Positions 1 to 11,559 of a DNA stretch of 64,000 nucleotides are shown piece by piece; positions within the stretch are counted from its first letter, which is position 1; each line of letters starts with the position of its first letter. A model generated the notes under the pieces. It was not told where the DNA came from, made no database searches, and was given only the letters and a program-made list of their open reading frames with translations. This DNA is from Octopus sinensis (Eukaryota). Location of the stretch: assembly GCF_006345805.1 (NCBI RefSeq), contig NC_043016.1, positions 11,904,001-11,968,000 on the forward strand. The letters run 5' to 3'. The translations under genes and the position numbers were made by a program.

Positions 1-200
1 CAGTCAGGCAGTACTGGCAACGACCTCGCTCGAATCTTTTACACATGTCACCGGCACAGGTGCCAGTAAAGTGACACTGGTAACAATCACGCTCGAATGG
101 TGCACGGAAGCCGGTTAGCCACTCTGTCAATGATCACACTCGTATGGTGCTCTTTGCACCCCGCTAGCATGGACGCTAATCATCGACTTTGATTTTGATT
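1..200 (-). mobile_element. RTE LINE 3' UTR tandem-repeat fragment
   Basis: ctggcaacga..cgctcgaatggtgc units match the RTE 3' region at 11840-12410 and 32802-33590. Confidence 0.7.
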
Positions 201-510
201 AGGCAGTGAAGCAATGGGTTAGGTGGCCAAAAGTTCGAAGTCACCGACAACAACATTCTTGTATAAGAATTACAAATCTGTACTCTACATAAGTATAGAG
301 TGACCCGTCAGATTAATGTGAAATTGTTTTTATAATAGCAGAAATGGCTTAAAAAATTTTTTTGGGCTGCTATTTCTATTAAGTTCAGTATGTGGCAAAG
401 TAATTTATTTTACTAAGCCCTAATTATATAATGTAATATTTTGAATTCGCCTTAAATGGTCCTTTTACATACTGAACACTTGGTGAAATTGATTAATTAT
501 TTTACCCTCA

Positions 511-514
<4 letters not shown>

Positions 515-577
<63 letters not shown>

Positions 578-586
578 TATATATAT

Positions 587-620
<34 letters not shown>
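515..620. repeat. (TA)n microsatellite
   Basis: direct reading. Confidence 0.95.
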
Positions 621-624
<4 letters not shown>

Positions 625-1445
625 GTAATGCTTTGCTACTTCGTAATAATCTTTATTATTATTATTGATATATATCAAAAGGATTTGTTATATACTATTC
701 CACATATACAAAAACAACCATACCAACAATCCAACATACCACTATCATCAACTGCTCCACAGATATGATTATGATTTCGACATTTGGGCAGTACCATTCA
801 ATCAGGCAGCGTCAACAGCACTAAAATAAGTGTTGTTTGGGAACAAACATACCAAAGAAACCACAACTTTCAAACACATTTATCCTATGTACAACGGTAT
901 CGGTAAATAAATTAAATAAGTAAATCTATAACCAACTCCTAAATATGGAACTAAACAACGACCAAACCTTTAAGTCGTGCAAAAAATATTCCCTACAGTC
1001 TTCCATAGTATAATATAAAAGTGAAAGTTTAATAACCTCATTCATTCAATCTAAATATAGGCAGGATTAAACAGTAACTTTAAGATTAAACTACAACAAA
1101 GAAACACATAAATCTATGTACATCTGTTTTGGTATTAATAGTAAACCTACAATAACTAAATAGCAACCAATCTTTAAGTCCATACAAATAATAATCCCAA
1201 TAGTCTTCCATAGTTACTACTACAATATAAAAGTGAAAGCTTAATATTCAATTCTCTCCAAAGCAAAACACGATTGAATTTAATTAAACGAATAATATAA
1301 AATAATTAGGAGAGAAATACATTATTTCATAATTCAAAAGTTAATTATAAAAACACTACATACTCATTAATATGTATTACCCTTACAAGCTTTAATGTAA
1401 AATTACCAGTAAATAATAGAAAAATTAAATTTTATTATATAGGAA

Positions 1446-1840
1446 CTAGCAGTATCGCCCGGCGTTGCGCGGGTTTGTAAGGGAAATAACTATATAAGCA
1501 TTTTCAGAGATGTAAAGTATAATAGCCATCTCAATATGGCTAACCACAAAGGGGGTGGGGTGTTACTGTAGCTTTTTACGTCTGAGATTTAATAATAATT
1601 TTTAGAGAGTTACTTCCCTTATATATGCCAAAAATGCATTAAAATTGGGAAAATTGATGGTAATTTTTTTTTAAATCGTAGACTCATCGTAGACGCGCGC
1701 TAATACCCAGAAGGGCTCGATATGAATCACGACTATAAGATACCCGATTTTGGTTAAACTGCACCGCGAAATGTGGGAGTAGTTAGGAATCTAAATCGTA
1801 GGAGACAGACAGCACACAAACTCACTTTTATATATAAAGA
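1446..1840 (-). mobile_element. Non-autonomous Helitron
   Basis: minus strand begins TC and ends with hairpin CCCGCGCAACGCCGGG then CTAG, inserted at A|T without TSD; close copy at 27946-28314. Confidence 0.85.
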
Positions 1841-2091
1841 TTAATAAAAGTATACTTGTCTTCAGTCATTCTAAAACCTTGCTACGATCAAAGCTAAATC
1901 AAGACTGTTTAAAAAATAGTAAAATTACAAAGCATTAACACTTAAAATGTTTTATCAAACCACGTGGTTCCATCACCTCTAGAACTTAAAAGACTATCTT
2001 AACTATTGTGTAATTACTACTTCCTCAATTGACTTGAACAATATTGGTGATGTGGTAAGCAAATAACTTGAATCGTAAACATTCTAAATCT

Positions 2092-2270
2092 TTACAAATA
2101 TTTACTAAGTGGAAGACTAGATACTACCCCATATTTATTTAAAATTTCAAATCTCCCACCTAAACGACGATTAAAAGTTTTAACCAATTTACCATATCTG
2201 TACCCTTGTTTTAGTAAATGTCTTAACAATTTATTTATTCTATCCAAAAATTTATTAGCATTATCAATTA
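2092..2270 (-). mobile_element. Penelope-like element RT C-terminal (thumb) fragment, 5'-truncated
   Basis: KFLDRINKLLRHLLKQGYRYGKLVKTF..ILNKYG resembles the PLE thumb motif; a stop follows with no GIY-YIG. Confidence 0.6.
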
Positions 2271-2570
2271 ATGGCACGTAAAAAGCACCATCCGAATCGT
2301 GGCCGAAGCCAGTGCCGCCTCGACTGGCTTCCGTGCCGGTGGCACGTAAAATGCACCAATCCGACCGTGGCCGATGCCAGCCTCACCTGGCACCAGTGCA
2401 GGTGGCACGTAAAAAGCACCCACTACACTCACGGAGTGGTTGGCGTTAGGAAGGGCATCCAGCTGTAGAAACATTATCAGATAAGACCGGAGCCTGGTGC
2501 AGCCTTCTGGATTCCCAGATCCCCGGTCGAACCGTCCAACCCATGCTAGCATGGAGAATGGACGTTAAAC

Positions 2571-2605
<35 letters not shown>
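2271..2605 (+). mobile_element. RTE LINE 3' end with (GAT)n tail
   Basis: ggcgttaggaagggcatccagctgtagaa..ccatgctagcatgga..gacgttaaac(gat)n; the same tail follows RTE ORF2 elsewhere in the window. Confidence 0.85.
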
Positions 2606-2606
<1 letters not shown>

Positions 2607-2980
2607 CTGACAATTTGCCCTCCAAAAAAACCATAAGCTATAAAAGAAGGAATTCTACAACTCAACAATGGCACTGAAGCCACTTGGAAACCAAAATCTT
2701 CTGTTTTATTATAAATGCCAGTACATATTTCATTATTATCCTTAATTACTAAACTGACAACTAAATATATTCATATACACACACACATACAAACATACCT
2801 TTGTCTAAATAATTGTACATCCATTTTTCAGTTTCAATTTGTGGTTCTTGGTGTTTTTCATTTTGAAGGATATCATTCAATTCTTTTTCTGCCCTTTTGT
2901 GCAAATCATTTTCTTCTTTCTTGCTACTTTTCTTTTACATCCAAAGCCTTTCAACATTGTTCTCATTTCAATATCCAATA

Positions 2981-3815
2981 TCTTTTACTTGTTTCAGTCA
3001 TTATACTGTGGGGCACCACCTTGAAGGGTTTTAATTGAACAAATCAACCCCAGTATATCTTTTATCTTTTACTTGTTTCAGTCATTGGACTGTGGCCATG
3101 CTGGGGCACCACCTTGAAGGGTTTTAGTTGAACAAATCAATCCCAGTATATCTTTTATCTTTTACTTGTTTCAGTCATTGGACTGTGGCCATGCTGGGGC
3201 ACCACCTTGAAGGGTTTTAGTTGAACAAATCAATCCCAGTATATCTTTTATCTTTTACTTGTTTCAGTCATTGGACTGTGGCCATGCTGGGGCACCACCT
3301 TGAAGGGTTTTAGTTGAACAAATCAATCCCAGTATATCTATTATCTTTTACTTGTTTCAGTCATTGGACTGTGGCCATGCTGGGGCACCACCTTCAAGGG
3401 TTTTAGTTGAACAAATAAATCCCAGTATATCTTTTATCTTTTACTTGTTTCAGTCATTGGACTGTGGCCATGCTGGAGCACCATCTTCAAGGGTTTTAGT
3501 TGAGTTGAGTGAATTGATCCCAAGAATTTTCTTTTAAGCCTGGCACTTATTCTTTTGGTCTCTTTTGCCAAACCACTAAGTTATGGGGACATAAACATAC
3601 CAACACTGACTATCAAGCAGTGGTGGGGAACAGACAGACACACACACATATGTATACCACAGGTCTCTTTCAGTTTCCGTCTACCAAACCCATTCACAAG
3701 GCTTTGGTCAACCCAAGGCTATAGTAATAGAAGAAACTTACCCAAGGTGCCACACAGTAGGACTGAACCTGGAACCATGTGATTGGGAAGCAAGCTTCTT
3801 AACACACAGTCATGC
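2981..3815 (-). mobile_element. tRNA-derived CORE-like SINE (family A) with its 3' end amplified into about 6 tandem 93-bp units
   Basis: units start at 2981, 3065, 3158, 3251, 3344 and 3437; SINE body and head continue to about 3815. Confidence 0.85.
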
Positions 3816-4009
3816 ATTCATAATTTTCAACCTCTCTAACAATTGCAAGGCAATGTTTTAACAACTTCCCTCTTAGTTGCAGTCTCAAAACTTCAATTCC
3901 AGATCTCTTCTTCGCTCAGCAATGGTCTTCTTCAGATCACATCTTGATGATGATAATTATTACCAGTGGATGTAAATCCATCAATATCTATTTTTTACCT
4001 CTTGTCAGC

Positions 4010-4505
4010 CGTATGGTAGAAAGTTTGCTTTTCAACCAAATACTTCCAGGTTCAGTCCCACTGTGTGGTTGCTTGGGCAAATGTCTTCTATTGTAGCCCT
4101 GAGCCAACCAAAGCCTTGTATGTGGACTTGGTGAATGAAAACTGAAAGAAAACCATTGTGTCTATATATATATATATGTATGTATGTGTGTGTATGTCCT
4201 GCTCTGCCCCTCTGTCATACTCTAATCTCTCATAACCTGGCACAAAACTACTCCCCCACTCAACTCAGTTGAAGGTTCTTGCCTTGCGAGTTACCTGGTG
4301 ACCTCACTGATGCTGGTGCCATTTAAAAAGCAGCCAGTACAACCAGTAAAGTGGTAGGCATTAGAAAGTGCATCCAATTGTAGAAATCATGCCAAATTAG
4401 ACAGAAGAGCTTGGTGCTCTCTTTTGGCCTGTTCCTGTCAAACCATCCAACCCCATGCCAGCAGGGAAAATGGCCAAAAAGATGTTAAACAAAGATGATG
4501 ATAAT
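4010..4505 (+). mobile_element. Diverged family A SINE head followed by an RTE-type 3' tail
   Basis: ggttcagtcccactg..cttgggcaaatgtcttct head, then ggcattagaaagtgcatcc..ccatgccagc tail. Confidence 0.6.
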
Positions 4506-5184
4506 GTTAGAAAAAGCAAAATGAGAGAAAAGGAAAGAAGCAAATAAGGACAACAGAGGGCTGAGAACTTTTCATAGGTCACTACATAAGAAAAACACTA
4601 AGAAAACAATTGAAGCTTTCTTTCTAGTTTTTGTATAAGTATTGTAAATGAGGAAATATAGAAGTAAGGTGTGGACAAATGTCTCATTAAAGCAGCTGAC
4701 CTTCTGTGTGAAAATGAAAATAAACGATTATTGACAGAATAAGGAAATTATTGTTCAGGTGGATCGTTAACCAATGTATTTCCTTCGTTAAAATTCATTA
4801 TCTAGGATTCCTTCTTTTCCTTTAACACTATTTAACACTGTTGGACTATTGAACAGTGACTAATAACTGCCTCTGTCTTTGATATTTAATACCTGAATTT
4901 TGCTTGCCCTGTTGTGGACTTTATGTATGATATGAATATTATCATATTCCAAGTAAAATGGATGAAACAAGATTTCAGAATTTTGGACCTTGCTTCAAGA
5001 CCTCAACTCTTGGATCCATAAATCAGAGTTATGACATACAGTATGTCTCAGGCACCTCTTAGACTTGGGGAAACCCATCCTTGACCAGGTCTTACTTCTG
5101 GAGAGTGCCCAAGGTCCAACCACTCTTTTGTTCCAGAAAACGAGACACTGACAAAGAAAGAATGAGAACAACAGAAGAATGTAT

Positions 5185-5365
5185 ATCATCATCATCATCA
5201 TTTAACATCTGCCTTCCATGCTAGCATGGGTGTGATGGTACCTCAAGAGCTAGCCAGACCAAAGCCTACACCAGACTTGTGTGACTGTTTTGGCAGGATT
5301 TTTACAGCTGGACACCCTTCCTAACACCAACTGCTTTACAGAGTGCACTGGGTGCTTTTTTTAAG
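5185..5365 (-). mobile_element. RTE-type 3' tail
   Basis: (cat)n ttaacatctgccttccatgctagcatggg..cagctggacacccttcctaac. Confidence 0.7.
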
Positions 5366-5964
5366 GTACATGCAAGACAAAAACTTTTAAGATGGGAGGA
5401 AGCATTGCAGGAGGTAATTATGAAAAGGTTATAGTGAGGCTGATATAGGTGTCTTGCTGAAGATGAAGTACAAGGTTACCTGGCCGGAGAGAGAAAGATC
5501 AGGAATGAAGACAGAAACAGGTGTGCTACCGCAAAGAAAATACACGGTTACCCAACCTGAGGGAAGTGCAGGAGGAGAAAGAAAGAAAGTGGGAGACCGC
5601 AGGAAGGTGATGGTGGCAAAATGCTGGGCATGCTCATGAGGAATGGGGATCAGAGTATAAATGAGATGGTTGAGTGAAGGAAGAGAGAGATATAGATAGT
5701 GGCAAGTGCCAGGGCATACCCTTGAGGTGTAAATACCATAACAGACTAGCATCCCATCCAAAAAGATATGTTGTTGGTTATTTATATGCCATGGAAACTG
5801 GGCATCTAGCCTTAAGAGACCTTGGACCCTAGATAGTAATATCTAGAGGTTGATGATGATGATAAGGATAATGGAGGAGAAGAATTTACACTCTCCTTGC
5901 TCAAGGTACACAAACTTAATTTTATTTCCCACTCTTCACAGCAAATTATTAGCTTTATTAATAA

Positions 5965-6365
5965 CTAGCAGCATAGCCCGGCGTTGCCCCGGTATGTAAG
6001 AGCCCCTAGTAGGCAACGACTAATCCCAATCTAGTTCTTTCCCTCTAGGGAACGAAGGCGCATGTGTAGGTTGCAATGTCTTCTCTTCACTCGAATACTT
6101 CTATGTATACGATGTTCCTAGCTGTCTCCTGACAGAAAATGTGTTGCATATATAAAGCTTAGATTCTCAACCCCATGTCGAATTTATCGATTTTTTTTCA
6201 GAACTGGGGGAACCTTTCAAAATTTTCGCTGCGTTAGTTTTGAATTATGACATTGGGCTATGTGTGTGTCAAGTTTCATCAGAATCGGTTCAAAGCCGTG
6301 GTCAGGGTGAGGGTACAACCTGACAGCCACACAGACAGACAAACTGCCGTTTATATATATAGAGA
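5965..6365 (-). mobile_element. Non-autonomous Helitron (second family)
   Basis: TC..CTAG ends on minus strand, GC-rich 3' hairpin, A|T target. Confidence 0.8.
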
Positions 6366-6873
6366 TAATAATAATGAAATTATTGTATACAGTGCTCAGG
6401 TACACCACAACTTGTCAAAAGTGCGTATAAAGCATATGCAGTAATGTACAAATGTCTGGGAAGTGAATTTCTATCTGTTACATCATACCAAACTTTTGGT
6501 CTCTTCATGTAATGTGAAGACCCTAACATATCTGTTTCTGCCTTATTAGCCCAAATTTTATTAATATCATGAATCTCAGGTCTGTCATGAGTTACACATA
6601 CATTTAGACCAGAGTTTATTTCTGTTTCCATTGCATAGAAGCAACTGAAAATACAAATTCATTCACCCTTAAGCAGGATGCCAGACTGGACCTGCCACGT
6701 GGTTAAACCCCACACCACCACCATCACCAGCTGTTGCTGATACACATTTTCAAGTGAGTGGACTGAAGGAATGTGTTTTCCAGAAAACACAACATACTGC
6801 CGGGTTTTGGAATCAAAACGAGAACCTTGCAACCGTGAATCCAACATCTGATCCACTGGCCAATTAATATTTT

Positions 6874-7597
6874 TTAACCCTTTTGATACCAACCCACCCA
6901 AAACTGCCTCTGGCTCTGAATACAAATGTCTTGTTTTCATAAGTTTGAAATTCAAATCTTCCACCAAACCTTAGTCACAATTTATGTTCTTAACACTAGC
7001 TTAATGATAACTAAGTTATTTTACTAAATTCTTTGTTATATTTAAAATTAATTGAAAACAGCACAGGGCATCTCAACAGAAATAGGGTAACAAAAGGGTT
7101 AAAATATATAATAGAGAATGCTTAACCCTTTCGTTGCCAACCTTGCTGAAGCTACCTCTGGCTCTGAATACAAACGTCTTGTTTTCATAAGTTTTGAATT
7201 CAAATCTTCCACCAAACTTTAGTCACAATTTATGTTCCTAACACTAGCTTAATGATAATTAAGTTATTTTACTAAATTCTTTGTTATATTTAAAACAATT
7301 GAAAGAAACACAGAGCATCTCAACAGAAATATGGTATCAAAAGGGTTAAATTATATAATAGAGAAACAATTCTTAACCCTTTTGTTACCAACCTGGCTGA
7401 AACCACTTCTGGCTCTGTAGTACAAATGTCTTGTTTTCATAAGTATTGAATTAAAATCTTCCACCAAACTTTAGTCACAATTTATGTTCTTAACAGTAGC
7501 TTAATGATAATTAAGTTATTTTACTAAATTCTTTGTTATATTTAAAACAATTGAAACACAGAGCATATCAACAGAAATATGGCAACAAAAGGGTTAA
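6874..7597 (+). mobile_element. Three tandem copies of a ~220-bp TTAA-flanked piggyBac-type MITE
   Basis: TTAA-CCCTTT..AAAGGG-TTAA at 6874-7102, 7122-7349 and 7373-7597; reverse copy at about 36385-36603. Confidence 0.85.
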
Positions 7598-7769
7598 GCA
7601 AGATTTTTTTACTATAAATTCACATAAATTTGCATAAATTATATAAGTTCTATATGACAGCTATAAGTTGAAGCAAACTTAAGTTTGCTTCCCAACCACA
7701 TGGTCCAGGGTTCAATTTTATACAGCTTAGCTATTTTGAGTAGGATTATAACTTATTGTATTTTGTTTT

Positions 7770-8225
7770 GTCTTTTACTTTTACTGGTTTAGTCATTAAA
7801 ATGTGGCCATTGAAGAATAATTCTTGATGAAATTAATTAACCCCAGTACTTGCTTTTTGTTTTAAGCCTGATACCTATTCTATCAGCTTCTTTTGCTAAA
7901 TTGCTGGGTTACAGGGACATAAACACACCAACACCAGCTGACAAGTGGTGGGGAACAAACACACACACAACAAGCTTCTTTCAGTTTCTGTCAACCAAAT
8001 TCACTTACAAGGCTTTGGTTTGCCTGATGCTCTAGTAGCAGACACTTGCCCAAGGGGCCATATAGTGGGACTGAACCCTGAACCTGTGGTTGGGAAGCTT
8101 CTTTCAGTTTCTGTCTACCAAATCCTCTCACAAGGCTTTGGTCGGCCTGGGGCTATATTAGAAGAAACTTGCCCAAGGTACCATGCTGTGGGACTGAACC
8201 CGGAACCATATAGTTGGGAATAAGT
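7770..8225 (-). mobile_element. Family A SINE with duplicated head
   Basis: two cttctttcagtttctgtc..acttgcccaagg..gtgggactgaacc blocks. Confidence 0.75.
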
Positions 8226-8689
8226 TTGCTTCTACCTATAGTTGTCATAATAGTGTATATAGACATTGCACACACACACACACAAAGGACCAAAACAACT
8301 TGTGTCATTTATTCAATTTACGCCATTAATATTATTTAACATTTACAAGTTAAAACGATGTTAAGAGAGCAATGATATTGTAAACTAAAATGCCTTGGTC
8401 ACTTCCTTTGTAGCACAAGCATGTTCTTGGGTGGCTTATAACATAACTCTGTCCAGTTTTATTGTAGCGAGAAAAGACAATATTGTCTTTAAAGATTGGA
8501 AGCTATAGCATCGTTCAACATGCTGGTGACATTTCGTTTTACATAACCATACTTTGTTGCAATCTCATTGTCTGAAAATATCTTTGTCAGCAATTTTCAT
8601 AGAAATGCTAAGCTGAGCCATAAACATTGCATATTTGACCTCCATCTGAAAGAATTATAATCAGAACACTAATGTCAATTGAAGATTCC

Positions 8690-8893
8690 TTTAATGCTTC
8701 AACATTCTGATTATTCTGTCACATTGCTTTATTCACATTGTTTTGCATTAATCATACATTATTTTGTAGCTTTCTGATTTCAGTGATGTGATTGTTTTAT
8801 TTTTAGAATGACATTGTAAGGTAGATATGAGAAGCTGGATCTGACTTGTTTAAACATAAAACAGTTAGAATATTTACGCTGGATTGGAACAAT
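8690..8893 (+). mobile_element. Second TTAA MITE family (diverged copy)
   Basis: cattctgattattctgtca..aatgctagaggattaa; homologous to 20748-21183, 27248-27467 and 55708-55930. Confidence 0.7.
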
Positions 8894-10837
8894 TCAAATG
8901 CTAGAGGATTAAATGTTTCATACTCACAAACAGTGACATTTATTGTATTTTACCTTGGTCAAGTTATTATTGTGTCTAAATCAGACATAATCCTCCTCTA
9001 TGTTGCAGTAATTCTTTCGGTGCAACTTTGTGACATTATAGCAAATGATATCCTTCTGCCTTCATGCAAGAATATGAATGAAATTCTGTTCTACTGTCCT
9101 CTCTGAATTGAATTTCATACCTGCTTTTCTTGATGCAGGATTTGTGAAAGCCAGCTTCTGCTTCTTAGCTGCTAGGGATTTATTCATTGTTTGGTCACAT
9201 ATCATATGCCCACAAATATAATGTGTTTAGCTATATATTAACAACAGGCTGTGTTTAAAATTGCTAACAGCAAAACTTTTTTCTTGTGAATTTCTGAATG
9301 AGTCTAAAGATAGTCTAAATCAAAAACTGTGGCATGAAATTCTGCCTGTGATACTTTACAAAGAGAACTCTGATAAAATATTGTAAATTCTAAAATGTGG
9401 GTATTTTCAATGAAATGCGTGAAAAGAGAATGCTTTAAATTTCCACATTGTGAGGGAAGGTGGACAAGTCTGCCTTTGGGTTTCTGAACACCTAAGCATT
9501 TGAATGAGGTGAAATTAATCGTGAAACAGCATTTGAGTTCAAGTCTGTCAACACAATGCAAAACAGCTTCAAAAGAGAAAAGACTTTCTCTATATAACAA
9601 TATGATTATTTTTTTTTGGTTATTCATGTGTGTGTGTGTTTCTGTATGTATTTAAACTTAGAGACTACACAACACAGATTTCCCTATAATGACATGTTGT
9701 TGTTATTGTTGTTTTTGTTGAGAGAGAAATCCAGTGAGAGTGTATGTGTGAAAGATAGAATTAAAATTTGTTTCAAGAAAAAAACAGGTTGATGTTAAGA
9801 GAGAGAGAGATTGTGTGTGTGTGTGTGAGGGATAAATAGGTGTATAACAGTTTACTTTTAAAAGAAGGTATGTGAATGATTAACAAATATTTTTACTAGC
9901 AGTGTAGTGACAGGTAAAGATCAAGTCACTATAATAATTGTCAAATCTACCTGTCTGTAACATCATAACTTGTGCTTTGGTTTGTAACGAGATGTGTTAT
10001 AGGGTTGTTTGCCATTTGTAAGATAAAAGAAGTACAGTGATCAAAGATGATGTTGACTTCAAATTTATTTATTTACAGTTACTTAATATAATGCCATACC
10101 TCGATGGGCAGGTGTGATATAATTGAAAGAGCATGTGAGGTTAAGAAAGTTAATTTCGGCCTGTATGTGAGTACATATTCATATTGTAGTAGCAAACCAT
10201 AGATAGTGATAGAATGTTGTAAAAGAAAAGAAAGTGAGCTAGTGGAAGTTATGTTTCATAATTTGCTGATTGTAACCTTCTTATTTTCCCTCTTGCCATT
10301 TGTCTTTAGTGCCTGCCTGCCTGCTCATGGCCATATCTTTAGTTGGTCTCTGTTCACTATCTGATTTTGCCTTACCAAATTCTAGTATTTAAAATTATGC
10401 AAAACCAGCTAGAAGGATAGACATATTGGAGACAACAAAAGATTTTGTTGGGGGGTCTGTTATCTCTATTCTAGCTTTTGGTGAAGTAGAAGAGATTAGA
10501 AAGGTCAACTGGCAAAGACATTATTCTGCTTAGCAAAGGCATCTGGTAAATGTAACTGCTGTCACTCACAGGAAAGCTATTGCTTTATTGTGAGAAATGT
10601 ACTATTGAACTGTTAAGTGAAATTTGGCGATTGAAGACTGAATCTACGCCATGCCTGCATGAAGCCACTACAGGTTCATAATTTCCTCCACTTTCTCTTG
10701 TGCTCTCCTGCATATAAATATGTATGTCTGTCTGTATGTATGTATGTATGATTTTCTATCCTCTCCATACTGGAATGTTTACCAGCTGATGTCTGTGCAT
10801 TTTATATCCTCTGTTTTCTTATTTGCTGTATGTATAT

Positions 10838-11150
10838 AAACAATTGCAGCGTGGAAGGTGTTTGTAAGCCATTTAAGAAACACACAAAAGCCGTTCGATT
10901 CACTTCAACATTTAAGTTTAATTTGTCAAATATTTACATTGCTTTAAGACCGCGACCTGTTCACTGACAAAAATCCGTGCTGCATCTTAAAGCGACGAAA
11001 ATATTTTGACAAATTAAACTTAAATGTTGAAGTGAATCGAACGGCTTTTGTGTGTTTCTTAAATGGCTTATAAACACCTTCCACGCTGCAATTGTTTTCG
11101 TTCCAGCACACGATCTCAGATCAAATCACTTGCTATGCAAGTACATCTCT

Positions 11151-11153
<3 letters not shown>
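10838..11153. mobile_element. Head-to-head inverted short element (about 110-bp arms) carrying a hammerhead motif; probably PLE-derived
   Basis: arms 10838-10949 and 10985-11097 are reverse complements; another copy at about 57062-57188. Confidence 0.75.
10922..10972 (-). ncRNA. Type I minimal hammerhead-like motif with G3-C8 swapped core (this copy partly decayed)
   Basis: TTTGTCA GTGAACA G GTCGC-loop-GCAAT GTAA ATAT T TGACAAA; the duplicated arm at 10992-11013 preserves GCGAC GAAA ATAT TT TGACAAA. Confidence 0.55.
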
Positions 11154-11197
<44 letters not shown>

Positions 11198-11302
11198 TAT
11201 ACTAAATATATAAAAAACGAAGAACAAACACAAGAAAAAAATAATGTGATAACGTGGTACATGCAAAGTATTAGCAGATGCTCAATGAAGGAAAGAAAAG
11301 TA

Positions 11303-11338
11303 GCTTTACATTTCGAGCAAAGCTCTTCATCAGAAACA
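11303..11338 (-). ncRNA. Minimal type I hammerhead ribozyme motif in a short element (about 11210-11400)
   Basis: TTT CTGATGA A GAGC TTT GCTC GAAA TG TA AAG; homologous copy at 34788-34823. Confidence 0.65.
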
Positions 11339-11399
11339 GGAGACGGGGGGGGGGGGGGAAGTCCAAAAGGAAAGGAGGACAGAGGAAAAAAAATCACGA

Positions 11400-11538
11400 C
11401 TGGCTTCTTTCAGTTTCTGTCAACCAAATCCACTCACAAGGCTTAAGTTGGCCTGAAGACATTTGCCCAAGGTGCCATACACTGGGAATGAACCAGGAAC
11501 CATGTAACTGAGAAACAAACTTCTTACTACACAGCCAG
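11400..11538 (-). mobile_element. Family A SINE 5' fragment
   Basis: ggcttctttcagtttctgtc..tgcccaaggtgcc..ttactacacagcc. Confidence 0.7.
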
Positions 11539-11559
11539 CCTTTGTATGTGAAGAAATTG

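Noticed and set aside
225-815. Hammerhead- or SECIS-like motifs in the putative PLE tail (CTGACGG..GTCAC/GTGAC; CTGATTGA..GAAA)
   Set aside because: Core spacing and stems I/III do not fit; no convincing SECIS helix.
4885-5150. Possible minus-strand exon bounded by AG and GT
   Set aside because: All three frames contain stops and no peptide is recognisable.
8340-9630. Possible piggyBac transposase C-terminus or host exons (DCNKVWLCKTKCH on minus)
   Set aside because: Only isolated Cys motifs among many stops; no ordered domain series could be reconstructed by eye.
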